Shown piece after piece: positions 8,626 to 18,938 of a stretch of 64,000 nt of DNA. This DNA comes from Treponemataceae bacterium (GTDB lineage: Bacteria; Spirochaetota; Spirochaetia; Treponematales; Rectinemataceae). The notes beneath the pieces are model-generated. The model ran no database searches. It was given only the letters and a program-made list of their open reading frames with translations, and had not been told where the DNA came from. Each line of letters begins with the position of its first letter. Within the stretch, counting starts at the first letter, position 1. A program made the position numbers and the translations under genes. Location of the stretch: contig CAXXVZ010000005.1 in assembly GCA_963678065.2 (NCBI GenBank), positions 384,001 through 448,000 on the forward strand. Direction: 5' to 3'.

Positions 8626-8973
8626 TCAGCCGAGAATGCGGAGGAATCCCGATCTGTCGATGAAATTGCTCTCCCGCACCAGGACCCCGTCACGGTAATA
8701 GCGGAGGTAGGGGATCTCGTAGTTGTGGAAGGTCGACTCTTTGAACTCCATGAAATCCTCGTAGAAATCCTCGCGGTCGTACTCAATCCAGAACACAGCG
8801 CGGCCCGGGGCCTCGGCGGCCTGGGACAACCACGCCTTCATCCAGAGCCACTGAGGACACCAGCTCTGCGTGAGGACCACGGCCACGGCGGGCCCGGCCT
8901 TCAGGATTTCGGGGCCGAACTCCTTTGCAAAAATCGCGGCCCTGCACTGGGCCTCGGTCAGTTTGGTCAGCAT
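8626..8973 (-). CDS. Thioredoxin-fold hypothetical protein with a single-Cys WCPQW motif
   Basis: VAVVLTQSWCPQW and EIPYLRYYRDG resemble the Trx active-site and cis-Pro segments; start placed at MLTKL. Confidence 0.6.
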   Translation of the reverse strand: MLTKLTEAQCRAAIFAKEFGPEILKAGPAVAVVLTQSWCPQWLWMKAWLSQAAEAPGRAVFWIEYDREDFYEDFMEFKESTFHNYEIPYLRYYRDGVLVRESNFIDRSGFLRILG

Positions 8974-9052
8974 GGCCCTGAGTATATGGATGCCGGCATG
9001 CCGGGACAAGGCCGGCCGCAGCGAGCGCAACCGATCACGCCGGCACAATCGA

Positions 9053-10099
9053 TCACGCAAGCGTGATCTTCAGGAAAGTGCCGACTTCGTCGAGGGCCTG
9101 GCGGCCTTCGGGCAGGTAGGAAGCCATGAGGTGCCAGTCGTGGAACATGCCGGGCCACTCGTCGAGGCAGACCTTGACCCCGCTCGCCCTCGCCTTGGCG
9201 ACGAAGGCGCGGATGTCCTCGCCCAGAAGCTCGTCGCCTCCGATGTGGACGAGGAGGGGCGGAAGGCCGCGCAGGTCGGCGTAGCGCGGGGAGACATAGG
9301 GATCGCGAAGATCGGCGCAGCTCGGGTCGGGCGCGCCGAGATACTTCCGGGCGTCGTCCTGAAGGCTCTCCGGCGTGAGAAGCCAGTCGCTCGCGGCGAG
9401 CTTTTCCCAGGAGCCCTTGGCGTCGGAGAGGTCGACCCAAGGAGAAAGCAGAGCGACGCCGACCGGCAGGGTGGCCTGTGCGCCCCCGCGCGAGCGCGAG
9501 TCGCGCAGGAAAACGAGGAGAGCCATGGCGAGCCCCCCGCCCGCGGAATCGCCGGCGAGTGCGATGCTGTCCGGCTGGTAGCCTTGCGAAAGCAGCCAGC
9601 GGTATGCGGCGATCGCATCGTCGAAGGCCGCAGGGTGCGGGTTCTCGGGCGCGAGCCGGTAATCGACACTCAGGACGCGAATCTTCGAGGCCTTCGCGAT
9701 GTACGAGACGAGGGCACGGTGCGTGACGATGGAGCCTGTCGTATAACCGCCGCCGTGAAAGTAGAGAATGACTTTGCCCTCGCGCGCGTCGCGGGGGATG
9801 GCCCAGAGGGCGAGGCGCTCGGGCACGCGCGCTTCCTCGAAATCCACGAAGCGGGCCGTCCGGATATGCATGCCGAGGGCATCCTGGGATTTTCTCATCT
9901 TCTCGAGACTGCGCGGCTGGAGGGTTGTCCAGTGGCGGTAACCCTGGAGGGCCAGAACGAGAAGCCTTCCCTGCAGGCTCACGCCGGAGCGGAGTTTCGC
10001 GATGAGCATGCCGAGGCGGACGAAGAGTCCCCAGAGAATCAGTCCGGGGAGGAAGACGAGACGGATAAGGAGGCGGGCGAACCTGGTCCTCTTCCTCAT
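9053..10099 (-). CDS. Alpha/beta hydrolase, HSL-family esterase/lipase
   Basis: HGGG oxyanion hole, DYRLAPE, GDSAGG nucleophile, GMFHDW; hydrophobic N-terminus. Confidence 0.92.
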   Translation of the reverse strand: MRKRTRFARLLIRLVFLPGLILWGLFVRLGMLIAKLRSGVSLQGRLLVLALQGYRHWTTLQPRSLEKMRKSQDALGMHIRTARFVDFEEARVPERLALWAIPRDAREGKVILYFHGGGYTTGSIVTHRALVSYIAKASKIRVLSVDYRLAPENPHPAAFDDAIAAYRWLLSQGYQPDSIALAGDSAGGGLAMALLVFLRDSRSRGGAQATLPVGVALLSPWVDLSDAKGSWEKLAASDWLLTPESLQDDARKYLGAPDPSCADLRDPYVSPRYADLRGLPPLLVHIGGDELLGEDIRAFVAKARASGVKVCLDEWPGMFHDWHLMASYLPEGRQALDEVGTFLKITLA

Positions 10100-11310
10100 G
10101 TCAACATCGTGGCGATGATCGCCTCACAGTCCGCGAGGTCAAGGACCCTCGGCACAGGGTAAGGAGTGCGGCGGGCTTCGCGCAGGGCGCCCTCGGCGAT
10201 GGCGGGGATATCCTCCCTCCGCAGGAGGTCGAGGGTCGAGGGAAGTCCGAGCCCGGCGATGAGGGCCCGGACTTCGTCGATGAAACCTCCGGCCTCGTCG
10301 ATAACCGATCCATGCGACTCCGCCGGTTTCCCTTCGGAGCCATGCGCCGCGCGTCGGAGGGCGGCCAGCCTCGGGGCGGCGGCATCGGCGATGAAATCGA
10401 GGACAGAGGGCAGAGCGACCGCGTTGGCGAGGCCGTGCGGCACGTGGTAGCGCTCGCCGAAGCGGTGCGCGATCGCGTGCACGTAGCCGACGAAGCCCTT
10501 GGTGAATGCCCTGCCCGCGAGGAAGGAGGCCTTGAGCATGGCCTCGCGGGCCTCGATGTCCGCCCCGTCGCGATAGGCCCGCGGCAGGAAGGCGAAAACC
10601 AGCCTGACGGCCTCGGTCGCGTCCGCGTCGACAGAGGGAATCCTGAGAGTGTTCGTGTAGGCCTCGATCGCGTGGGTGAGCGCGTCGATACCGGTCGAGG
10701 CGGTCACTGCCGGCGGCAATCCAAGGGTGAGGCCCGCGTCCAGAACGGCCAGGAAGGGGGTCAGGCGCGGATCGAGGACGGTTCGCTTCATGTGGGCCGC
10801 CGTGTCGGTGATGACGGCCGCGCTGGTCGTCTCCGAACCGGTTCCAGCCGTGGTCGGGACGCAGATGAAGGGCAATCCCGCATTGCGGCAGGGAAGGAGG
10901 CCCGCAAATTTCTCGATCGGCTTCCGGTGGGTGGCTCCCATCCGTATCAGTTTGGCCGCGTCCATCACGGAACCGCCGCCGAGGGCGATGACCGAATCGC
11001 AGCCGGCGGCCCGGAGCGCCGCGAGCCCCTGAGCGCAGACTTCGTAGGAAGGGTCGGGCACGACGCCCGCGAAGACGGCGCAGTCCAACCCACTGTCGGC
11101 GAGGACTGACTCCAGTCTCGACACGAGGCCGGCACGGACAAGGGAGGCATCGCTGACGATGAGGGGTTTGCGTTTTCCGATTGCGGCGAGCTCGGCGGGA
11201 ATGTGCGCGATGCCGCCGTTTTCGATGATTACCCGGGGAAACCTCTGGGGAACGACGCTGAGTGTCCAGGCTCCCGCGTGGAACCATGCTTTCGTGAGGG
11301 TCGCGTTCAT
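10096..11310 (-). CDS. Iron-containing alcohol dehydrogenase
   Basis: GGGSVMDAAK, PTTAGTGSE, DALTHAIEAY, HAIAH, PHGLANA; RBS GGGAGG before MNATL. Confidence 0.93.
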   Translation of the reverse strand: MNATLTKAWFHAGAWTLSVVPQRFPRVIIENGGIAHIPAELAAIGKRKPLIVSDASLVRAGLVSRLESVLADSGLDCAVFAGVVPDPSYEVCAQGLAALRAAGCDSVIALGGGSVMDAAKLIRMGATHRKPIEKFAGLLPCRNAGLPFICVPTTAGTGSETTSAAVITDTAAHMKRTVLDPRLTPFLAVLDAGLTLGLPPAVTASTGIDALTHAIEAYTNTLRIPSVDADATEAVRLVFAFLPRAYRDGADIEAREAMLKASFLAGRAFTKGFVGYVHAIAHRFGERYHVPHGLANAVALPSVLDFIADAAAPRLAALRRAAHGSEGKPAESHGSVIDEAGGFIDEVRALIAGLGLPSTLDLLRREDIPAIAEGALREARRTPYPVPRVLDLADCEAIIATMLT

Positions 11311-11400
11311 TGTGCCTCCCTTTGCCCCATTATATGTCCCGAAAGGGAGCACAGGCAATGAACGCAAACCCCGGCCTCGGCGGCTGGCCGGAGGCCGGAT

Positions 11401-11748
11401 TCAGCCGTCCAGACGCCTGAGTCGCGCGGGTTTCAGCACAATCTTGTCGGGTGAGTCCCCGGAATCGGAGCGGCAGCCTTCCAGCCTGATCCTGTCGCCC
11501 TCCGAGAAGTCTTCGCCGGCGCTGCCGGGAAAATCGGGCAGGCGCACGATATAGGTGACTCCATCGCTCTCCACGGCCAGCATACCCTCGATGAGTCTCA
11601 GCGTTCCTTCTATGCTCACGAACCCCGAATCCTGCTCCTGGAGCGCGGAAGGAGAAGCTCCCGTGGCGCTCTGTCTCACCTTCGTCTGAGAGGAAACCGC
11701 TCCGGTCAGCGCGATTACGAGAACGACGGGAAGTACGATGCTTTTCAT
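11401..11748 (-). CDS. Small exported hypothetical protein (possible OB-fold-like)
   Basis: Signal peptide MKSIVLPVVLVIALTGAVSS; RBS GGAG; beta-rich body. Confidence 0.6.
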   Translation of the reverse strand: MKSIVLPVVLVIALTGAVSSQTKVRQSATGASPSALQEQDSGFVSIEGTLRLIEGMLAVESDGVTYIVRLPDFPGSAGEDFSEGDRIRLEGCRSDSGDSPDKIVLKPARLRRLDG

Positions 11749-11932
11749 TGGCTGCTCCAACGCGTTCCGACTCGATCAGGGACTCCGCGCGGACTTCATA
11801 TTCCGAAGGGCCCAGGCGGAAACCCTCACATAGAATATATCGCGAATATTCTCCGGGATACATCCGGATGCCGGGAATATCGATGTCCGTTTCCCGGTGG
11901 CACGAACTGAAGAGTCATCTTATATTGAAATC

Positions 11933-13192
11933 ATGAACGACGAACTACCCTTCGACCTTCCACGTGCATATTCCGGAACGGCCGACTCAAGCGGACAGGC
12001 TCGACAGAACGAAGCCCCGATCGAGCCGAGCCTGAGCCGCCGCGAGATGGAGAGCGCCTTCATGTCGCGCAATAGCGCCTTTGACGGACTGTTCTACGCA
12101 GCGGTCACGACGACGCGCATCTTCTGCAAACCGTCCTGCCCGGCGCGAAAGCCTTTACCGCACAACGTCGAATACTATGCGACGGCGCGGGAGGCTCTCT
12201 TCGCCGGATTCCGCCCCTGCAAACGCTGTCGCCCCATGGAAACGGACGATTCTCCGGTCTGGCTTTCCCGGATTTTCGAGGCCGTCGACGCCGATCCGGA
12301 CCGCCGTTTCCGCGACGCCGAAGTCGCGGAGTTCGGAGCCGATCCCGCGACAGTGCGCCGCTGGTTCAAGAAGCGATACGGCATGACCTTCCAGGCCTAC
12401 AGCAGGGCAAGGCGCCTTTCGCGCGCCTTCGACGCGATACGCTCTGGCGGAAGCGTCGACGAGGCCAGCCTCTCCCACGGTTGGGAATCCTTCTCGGGCT
12501 TCCGAGAAGCCTTCGGGAAGCATTTCGGCGCCCCGCCCACCTCTGCTGCGAGTCCGGATTCGCCGGTTTTGCCCGCGATCACAGTAGGCTGGATCGAGAC
12601 CCCGCTCGGGCCGATGGTCGCGGGTGCGGTGCGCGTCCTTGCGGACAGCGCCGCCGATCCAGCGAGGGCCACTGGCGTCGACGCCCTCTGCCTCCTCGAG
12701 TTCAGCGACCGGCGCATGCTGGAAGCTCAGTTCGAGACTGTGTCGCGAAGGTTCGGGATTCAGAAGGGAGCTTCCATTCTGAGGGCGCCCCTCCTCCCGG
12801 GCGAGAGCCCTGTCTTCGACATGGTACGCGTTCAGTTGACCGAGTATTTCGCGGGAAAACGCCGGAATTTCGATGTTCCGCTCGCGTTGCGCGGCTCCGA
12901 GTTTCAGGAGAAGGCCTGGCGCGCGCTCTTGCGGATTCCCTGCGGCGAGACCCGCAGCTACGCAAGGCTCGCCGCCGATCTCGGCGAACCCGGAGCGGCG
13001 CGTGCGGCGGGGCACGCCAATGGCCTCAACAGGATAGCCATCCTCGTTCCCTGCCACCGGGTCATCAACGCAGACGGGGAATTCGGCGGCTACGGCGGAG
13101 GCCTGTGGCGCAAGCGCGCGCTTCTCGAGCTGGAACGAGGCGAGCGGAGTTTTTCACTCTCGGCTCTTCCTGCGGAAAACAGGAGCCCGTGA
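11933..13192 (+). CDS. ada: Bifunctional Ada regulator / O6-methylguanine-DNA methyltransferase
   Basis: Zn site FCKPSC..FRPCKRC, AraC HTH, active-site PCHRV, GGYGGG. Confidence 0.93.
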   Translation: MNDELPFDLPRAYSGTADSSGQARQNEAPIEPSLSRREMESAFMSRNSAFDGLFYAAVTTTRIFCKPSCPARKPLPHNVEYYATAREALFAGFRPCKRCRPMETDDSPVWLSRIFEAVDADPDRRFRDAEVAEFGADPATVRRWFKKRYGMTFQAYSRARRLSRAFDAIRSGGSVDEASLSHGWESFSGFREAFGKHFGAPPTSAASPDSPVLPAITVGWIETPLGPMVAGAVRVLADSAADPARATGVDALCLLEFSDRRMLEAQFETVSRRFGIQKGASILRAPLLPGESPVFDMVRVQLTEYFAGKRRNFDVPLALRGSEFQEKAWRALLRIPCGETRSYARLAADLGEPGAARAAGHANGLNRIAILVPCHRVINADGEFGGYGGGLWRKRALLELERGERSFSLSALPAENRSP

Positions 13193-13981
13193 AGCGAGGG
13201 CTAACGCGATGAGGCCCGCGGCCGTGATGGCGGCGATCCAGACCGCGCGCGAGAAGTCGGGGTCGACCTGAGTGCGCTTGATGGCGATACCAGCGTAGGC
13301 CCAAATCACGACGAGAGGAGCGGCCACAGCCTCGCGAAGAAAGATGAGGAGGAGGGCGACAGCGGCTCCCATGGCTATGGCTATCACCGTCCAGAGACGG
13401 GGATCTAGCCCGAGACCCTGCCAGCCCGAAGTCACGAGAAACGCGGTAACATTTGCCACCGTGGCAACGCATATCCAGCCGAGATAAACAGAAATCGGGG
13501 TGGAGAGGAAAAATGCCCTGATTCCCCCGACCTTCCCCCCTTCCGCCGACAAACGTTTTTCATGGATCCGCTCCTCCAGCATGACAAGGGTGACAAGGAT
13601 CACGAGCATGATGCCAAGAGAAAGGGCGACATGCCTGTATTGCCAGGCGAAGATCCACGAGACATTGGCCACCATGTTGACGACGAAGATGCGGTTGTCT
13701 ATCGCGTCCCAGCGGCCGGAAGGATTCCTCCCGAATGCCTCGGAGAGAACAGCCGCAGAATGACCAGCCAGAAGCAGATAAATGAGTCCCCAGATCGAGA
13801 AAGTCAGACCGGCGGGGACGAAAAGGTTCGGAATCTCATCGGAGAGGGTTCCCGTGTTGACCCCATTGATGGGAAGGATGTTCGCCAACGCGTTCACTGT
13901 GACGACGGCTACGAATCCTGCAAAGGATAGAAGTGCCCACACTTTTTCAGTGGTTCCTGATTTCGTGGAAACAGCGTGCAT
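13154..13981 (-). CDS. TspO/MBR-like tryptophan-rich membrane protein
   Basis: VNALANILPING, FVPAGLTFSIWGLIY, SVYLGWICVATVAN; multi-TM. Confidence 0.8.
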   Translation of the reverse strand: MHAVSTKSGTTEKVWALLSFAGFVAVVTVNALANILPINGVNTGTLSDEIPNLFVPAGLTFSIWGLIYLLLAGHSAAVLSEAFGRNPSGRWDAIDNRIFVVNMVANVSWIFAWQYRHVALSLGIMLVILVTLVMLEERIHEKRLSAEGGKVGGIRAFFLSTPISVYLGWICVATVANVTAFLVTSGWQGLGLDPRLWTVIAIAMGAAVALLLIFLREAVAAPLVVIWAYAGIAIKRTQVDPDFSRAVWIAAITAAGLIALALASRAPVFRRKSRE

Positions 13982-14154
13982 GAAACGTCTCCTTTGTGCC
14001 CGAAAACGGGCTCAATCATGACTTTTCCCCCGCAACGGACCGGGTGGTCCATCCCGGATACTAGAATTCAATATACAAAGCTGTTGACGCTCAGGGAAAT
14101 GTTTCCGGATGGCTGGCGCGGGCCAAAGCGGAGGGCCGCCCCGCGCCTTTGAAC

Positions 14155-16083
14155 TCAAGCCGCCTCGGGGTTCTCGAACTGGCTGTTGTAGAGATTCGCG
14201 TAGAAGCCGCCCGCCGTGAGAAGCTCCTCGTGCCGTCCCTGCTCGACGATGTCCCCCTGGTTCATGACGAGGATGAGGTCGGCGTCGCGGATCGTCGAGA
14301 GCCTGTGGGCGATGACGAAGCTCGTGCGGCCGTGCATGAGATTGTCCATGGCCTTCTGGATGAGGACCTCCGTGTGGGTGTCCACCGAACTCGTCGCCTC
14401 GTCGAGAATGAGGATTCCCGGATCGGCGAGAATGGCGCGCGCGATCGTGAGGAGCTGCTTCTGGCCCTGCGAGATGTTCGTCGTCTCCTCGTTGAGCACG
14501 GTCGCATAACCTTCGGGGAAGGCGCGGATGAAATGGTCGGCGTGCGCTGCCTTCGCGGCCGCGACGACCTCGGCGTCGGAGGCTCCTGGCCTGCCGTAGC
14601 GGATGTTCTCCATGATCGTGCCGTTGAAGAGCCAGGTGTCCTGGAGGACCATGCCGAACATGCTCCTGAGGTCTGCCCGGCTGAGGCCCGCGGTGTCGCG
14701 GCCGTCCACGAGTATGGAACCCGAACCGATGTCGTAGAAGCGCATGAGAAGCTTGACTATCGTCGTCTTGCCGGCTCCGGTGGGACCGACGATGGCCACT
14801 TTCTGTCCCGATCCGACCGAGGCGGAAAAATCGTTGATGATCGTCTTGTCCGCCGAATACCCGAACTTCACGTTTCTGAACTCGACATTCCCGGCCACCG
14901 TGGCGGGCCGCGGAGCGACATTGGGCTCGGGTTTTTCCTCAGGCGATTCGAGGAAGCCGAACACCCTCTCGGCGGCCGCGGCCGTCTGCTGCAGGATGTT
15001 GGAGATGTTGGCGAGCTGAGATACCGGCTGGGTGAAGGAGCGCACATACTGGATGAAGGCCTGGATGTCGCCCAGGGAGATCGCGTTGCGGACGGCGAGA
15101 GCGCCGCCCACGATGGTGACGCCGACATAGCCGAGGTTGCCGACGAAATTCATCATCGGCATCATGATGCCCGAGAGGAACTGCGATTTCCACGCGGAAT
15201 CGTATAACTTGTCGTTGAATCCGCCGAATTTCGCGATGTTCTTTTCCTCGCCGTTGAAGGCCTTGACGACGGCGTGGGCGCCGAACATTTCCTCGACATG
15301 GCCGTTCACGTGGCCGAGGTACTCCTGCTGTTCCTTGAAGAACTTCTGGGATTTTCCGACGATGAACTTGATGATGACGAGGGAGAGCGGCAGGATGAGC
15401 ATCGCGACGAGGGTCATCTGCCAGCTGATGCTCAGCATCATCACGAGGACGCCGAGCACCGTCGCGACCGAAGTGATGATCTGCGACAGGCTTTGGCTCA
15501 GGGTCTGGTTGACTGTGTCGACATCGTTCGTCATGCGGGAGAGCACTTCGCCGTGGTTGGTCCCGTCGAAGTAGCCGAGAGGCATCCGGTTGATCTTCGC
15601 GAGGATTTCGTTCCGCAGGCTGTAGGTGATCTTCACCGACACTCCCGACATGATCCAGCCCTGGATGTAGCTGAAGATGGCCGACACGATATACAGCGAG
15701 AGAACAGTGAGGAGTATCTTCCCGATATATCCGAAATCGACGCCGGCATTGCCGCTGGCGGCGCCGCCAGCGGCAATGCCGACCACGCCTTCGAATAGCT
15801 TGGTCGTCGCCTTTCCGAGGATCTTGGGCCCGACTATCGAAAAGACCGTGGAACCGAGAGCGAACACCATCACGACCAGTATCGCAAGCCTGTATTTTTC
15901 GAGGTAGGCGACGAGTTTCTTCATGGTCCCCGCGAAGTCCTTGGCTTTCTCGCCTTTCATCATCGCGCCGGGACCGCCGGGACCCATCATTCCGCCGCCG
16001 GGGCGCATTCCCCCCGCGCGGGGCATCGCCGCGCCCGGCGTCGCGCCTGGTTTTGTGCTTTTATTGTTCTTCGTATCGCTCAT
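14155..16083 (-). CDS. Heterodimeric ABC exporter subunit (TMD+NBD, consensus Walker B)
   Basis: GPTGAGKTT, ISQGQKQ, ILDEATSSVD, IAHRLST. Confidence 0.95.
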   Translation of the reverse strand: MSDTKNNKSTKPGATPGAAMPRAGGMRPGGGMMGPGGPGAMMKGEKAKDFAGTMKKLVAYLEKYRLAILVVMVFALGSTVFSIVGPKILGKATTKLFEGVVGIAAGGAASGNAGVDFGYIGKILLTVLSLYIVSAIFSYIQGWIMSGVSVKITYSLRNEILAKINRMPLGYFDGTNHGEVLSRMTNDVDTVNQTLSQSLSQIITSVATVLGVLVMMLSISWQMTLVAMLILPLSLVIIKFIVGKSQKFFKEQQEYLGHVNGHVEEMFGAHAVVKAFNGEEKNIAKFGGFNDKLYDSAWKSQFLSGIMMPMMNFVGNLGYVGVTIVGGALAVRNAISLGDIQAFIQYVRSFTQPVSQLANISNILQQTAAAAERVFGFLESPEEKPEPNVAPRPATVAGNVEFRNVKFGYSADKTIINDFSASVGSGQKVAIVGPTGAGKTTIVKLLMRFYDIGSGSILVDGRDTAGLSRADLRSMFGMVLQDTWLFNGTIMENIRYGRPGASDAEVVAAAKAAHADHFIRAFPEGYATVLNEETTNISQGQKQLLTIARAILADPGILILDEATSSVDTHTEVLIQKAMDNLMHGRTSFVIAHRLSTIRDADLILVMNQGDIVEQGRHEELLTAGGFYANLYNSQFENPEAA

Positions 16084-18365
16084 GCGAGTTCCTCCTTCTT
16101 CAGCTGGGACTGCGCTATGTCCCTGTACACCTCGCAGCTCTCCATCAGCTCACGGTGCGTTCCCGAGCCGACGAGTCTTCCCTCGTCGAGGACGAGTATG
16201 CGGTCGGCGTTTTTTATTGTCGCGACGCGCTGAGTCACGATGATGACGGTGCTGCCTCCGACCTCCTCCTTGAGAGCATGGCGGAGCTTCGTGTCGGTCC
16301 GGTAATCGAGCGCGGAGAAGCTGTCGTCGAAAATATAGATCGGGGCTTTCTTGACGAGGGCCCGCGCGATGGCGAGACGCTGTTTCTGCCCGCCGGAGAC
16401 GTTCGTGCCTCCCTGGGCGATTTCCACGCCCGAGCCTTCATCCTTCTCCATGACGAAATCGAGGGCCTGGGCGGTTTCCAGCGCCTTCTCCATATCGGCC
16501 TTGGATGCGGAGGCTCTGGCATAGAGGAGATTGGACTCCACCGTTCCGGAGAAGAGGTTGCTCTTCTGCGGCACGAACCCGATGGCCTCGCGCAACTCTT
16601 TCTGTACGAGATCGCGCACGTCGATTCCGTCCACGGTGATCGAACCTTCCGTGCAGTCGTAGAAGCGCGGGATGAGACTGACCAGAGTGGATTTCCCCGC
16701 GCCGGTCGTACCGATTATCGCCGTCGTCTCGCCCGGCTTCGCGGTGAAGCTGATATCGTGCAGGACGTCCTCGGAGGCTCCGTGATACCGGAAAGAAACG
16801 GAATCGAAGCGGACAAGGCCTCGGACTTTTTCAGGCAACGCGCTGGGCTTTGCCTTGTCCACGATGGCCGGCTCGACGGCGAGCACCTCGGCGACGCGGT
16901 CGGCGGAAACGCTGGCCCTCGGCAGAATGATAAACATGAAGGACATCATGAGGAAGGCGAAGAAAATCTGCATCGAATACTGCATGAAGGCCATCATGTC
17001 GCCGACCCTGATCGCCGAGTTGGCGACTTCGTGGGAGCCGACCCATATGATGAGGAGGGACACGAGGTTCATGACGAGCATCATGACGGGCATCATGACG
17101 ACCATGACGCGCGATACGAAGAGCATGGTGTCGGTGAGTTTTTTGTTGGCCTCGTCGAAGCGTTTTTCTTCGTGACCCTGCATGCCGAAGGCGCGGATGA
17201 CCATCATGCCCGAGAGGTTTTCGCGCACGACGAGGTTGAGTCCGTCCACGAACTTCTGGATGCTCTTGAACTTCGGAAGGGCGATCGAAAACACGGTGAC
17301 GATGATGGCTATCAGGATTCCGACGGCGAGCGCGATGATCCACCACATGCCGGTGGCCTTGCTCATCGCGCGGATGACGCCGCCAATGCCGATTATGGGG
17401 GCGTAGAAGACCATGCGCATCAGGATCATCGAGACCTGCTGCAGCTGGGTGATGTCGTTGGTCGACCGCGTGATGAGGGAGGCCGTCGAGAACTTGTCGA
17501 GCTCGGCGAGAGAGAAATTCTCCACTTTGACGAAGACTCCACGCCTCAGGTCCCTGGCGAATCCCGCCGCGGTGCGCGCGGCGAGGTAGCCGACGAGTAT
17601 CGTGGCGATGACCGATATCAGCGTGAGGAGGAGCATGTAGCCGCCGGTCGCGAGTATGTAGAGAGTCTGGATCGACGCGGTGTCGGCGCCCATGGCGGCG
17701 TACTCGTCGCGCAGGGCTCGGATCGCGGCCTGATCGGCCACCATCGGATCGAGGGCGTCGAGTTTTGTCCGTATTCCCGCGATGATGGCCGAAGACTGCG
17801 CCGCGGGCATCATCCTGAGCGCGGTGAAGAGATCCATGCCGGGGGGAAGCTTCGAAAAGTCGAGGCCGGAGCCGAGCGACATGGATTGTCCCGGCGTCGC
17901 AGCAGGAGCAGCGGAACCGGAAGACTGTGCCTGACCCGCGGCAGGAGCGGAGCCGGCCTTCGCGATGAAGGACATCTCGGCGAGGCTTCGCGAGAGACTC
18001 TTGCCGGCGTCGCTGCCCGCGAGGACGGCGTTTTTGGCGAGGACGTAGACGGATCCCCCGGAAAGCGAGGGATACTTCTTCGCGATTCCTGCGTAATCCG
18101 GCGATCCGGATTCGACGAGGGTGTACGAGGCGAGGATGGCCGCCTTCGGCGCCTCGCCGACAAAGAGAAGTGCGTTCTCGAGCTTCTCCTTCCGCATGGC
18201 CGCGGGGATGGGGGACTCCACGCCGCCCTGCTGGATGCCGACGTTGACGATCTTCGACATGTAATCGGGAAGGGCGAGGTCGGCGTTCGCCTGCGCGAAC
18301 AGCAGGGCTATCGCGAGGAGAACCTGAAAGAGGTAGGGTTTGAGGTATTTTGCGAGTTTGATCAT
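16080..18365 (-). CDS. Heterodimeric ABC exporter subunit (degenerate Walker B; large extracytoplasmic insertion)
   Basis: GTTGAGKST, VSGGQKQR, degenerate FDDSFSALD and VTQR; start MIKLAKY overlaps the MarR stop. Confidence 0.93.
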   Translation of the reverse strand: MIKLAKYLKPYLFQVLLAIALLFAQANADLALPDYMSKIVNVGIQQGGVESPIPAAMRKEKLENALLFVGEAPKAAILASYTLVESGSPDYAGIAKKYPSLSGGSVYVLAKNAVLAGSDAGKSLSRSLAEMSFIAKAGSAPAAGQAQSSGSAAPAATPGQSMSLGSGLDFSKLPPGMDLFTALRMMPAAQSSAIIAGIRTKLDALDPMVADQAAIRALRDEYAAMGADTASIQTLYILATGGYMLLLTLISVIATILVGYLAARTAAGFARDLRRGVFVKVENFSLAELDKFSTASLITRSTNDITQLQQVSMILMRMVFYAPIIGIGGVIRAMSKATGMWWIIALAVGILIAIIVTVFSIALPKFKSIQKFVDGLNLVVRENLSGMMVIRAFGMQGHEEKRFDEANKKLTDTMLFVSRVMVVMMPVMMLVMNLVSLLIIWVGSHEVANSAIRVGDMMAFMQYSMQIFFAFLMMSFMFIILPRASVSADRVAEVLAVEPAIVDKAKPSALPEKVRGLVRFDSVSFRYHGASEDVLHDISFTAKPGETTAIIGTTGAGKSTLVSLIPRFYDCTEGSITVDGIDVRDLVQKELREAIGFVPQKSNLFSGTVESNLLYARASASKADMEKALETAQALDFVMEKDEGSGVEIAQGGTNVSGGQKQRLAIARALVKKAPIYIFDDSFSALDYRTDTKLRHALKEEVGGSTVIIVTQRVATIKNADRILVLDEGRLVGSGTHRELMESCEVYRDIAQSQLKKEELA

Positions 18366-18832
18366 CTGTTCTTTCCTTCGTGGATACAGGTGGGAGCGAG
18401 GCCTTTGGAACGTTCGACGAGGAGATCGAGCGCGCGGGCTACGCTGCGGGCTTCGTCTCCCTCGAATTGAGCCGCGAGTTTTAAAAGCCATTCCTGGCGG
18501 CTCTCGAAGCCTTCCTTTATGATCTTCAGTCCGGCCCCGGTGAGCGCGAGCCTCTTGCCGCGCCTGTCGTCAGGATCTTCAGAGCGGTCGATGATTCCTT
18601 CCCTGACGAGGCGATCGAGCATCTGGCTCGCGGCGGCGCTGGTCACGCCAAGGTGTTCGCCGACTTCGGTCACGCTGCAACGCTTGTCCCGGTATATGCG
18701 CATGAGGGCGGCCATCTGAGGCATGGAAAGTCCGTTTTCCTTCGAGTGTCTGACGAAGCCGTGCATCGAGTACCGCATGGAGACACGCATCCATTCGTGG
18801 AGTTTTTCCGCGAGGATGTCCGGTTTATCCAT
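18362..18832 (-). CDS. MarR-family transcriptional regulator
   Basis: LSMPQ, LGVTSAAASQMLDRLV, DPDDRR..LALT. Confidence 0.93.
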   Translation of the reverse strand: MDKPDILAEKLHEWMRVSMRYSMHGFVRHSKENGLSMPQMAALMRIYRDKRCSVTEVGEHLGVTSAAASQMLDRLVREGIIDRSEDPDDRRGKRLALTGAGLKIIKEGFESRQEWLLKLAAQFEGDEARSVARALDLLVERSKGLAPTCIHEGKNR

Positions 18833-18846
18833 ATCCTAAGGACTCC

Positions 18847-18872
18847 TTATATTTAAGTTGTCTTTAATATAA
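18847..18872. promoter_or_regulatory. Putative MarR operator
   Basis: AT-rich palindrome TTATATTTAAG-TTGT-CTTTAATATAA (1 mismatch) immediately upstream of the marR RBS. Confidence 0.6.
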
Positions 18873-18938
18873 AGAGCCCAACGATAATAGTCCAGTCCGA
18901 TCGCCCGCAAAGAGACAAACTGCTCCTTCGGTATCCGG

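Noticed and set aside
14115..14147. Terminator after the ABC exporter operon
   Set aside because: An 8-bp GC stem is present but has a long irregular loop and no U-tract on the coding strand
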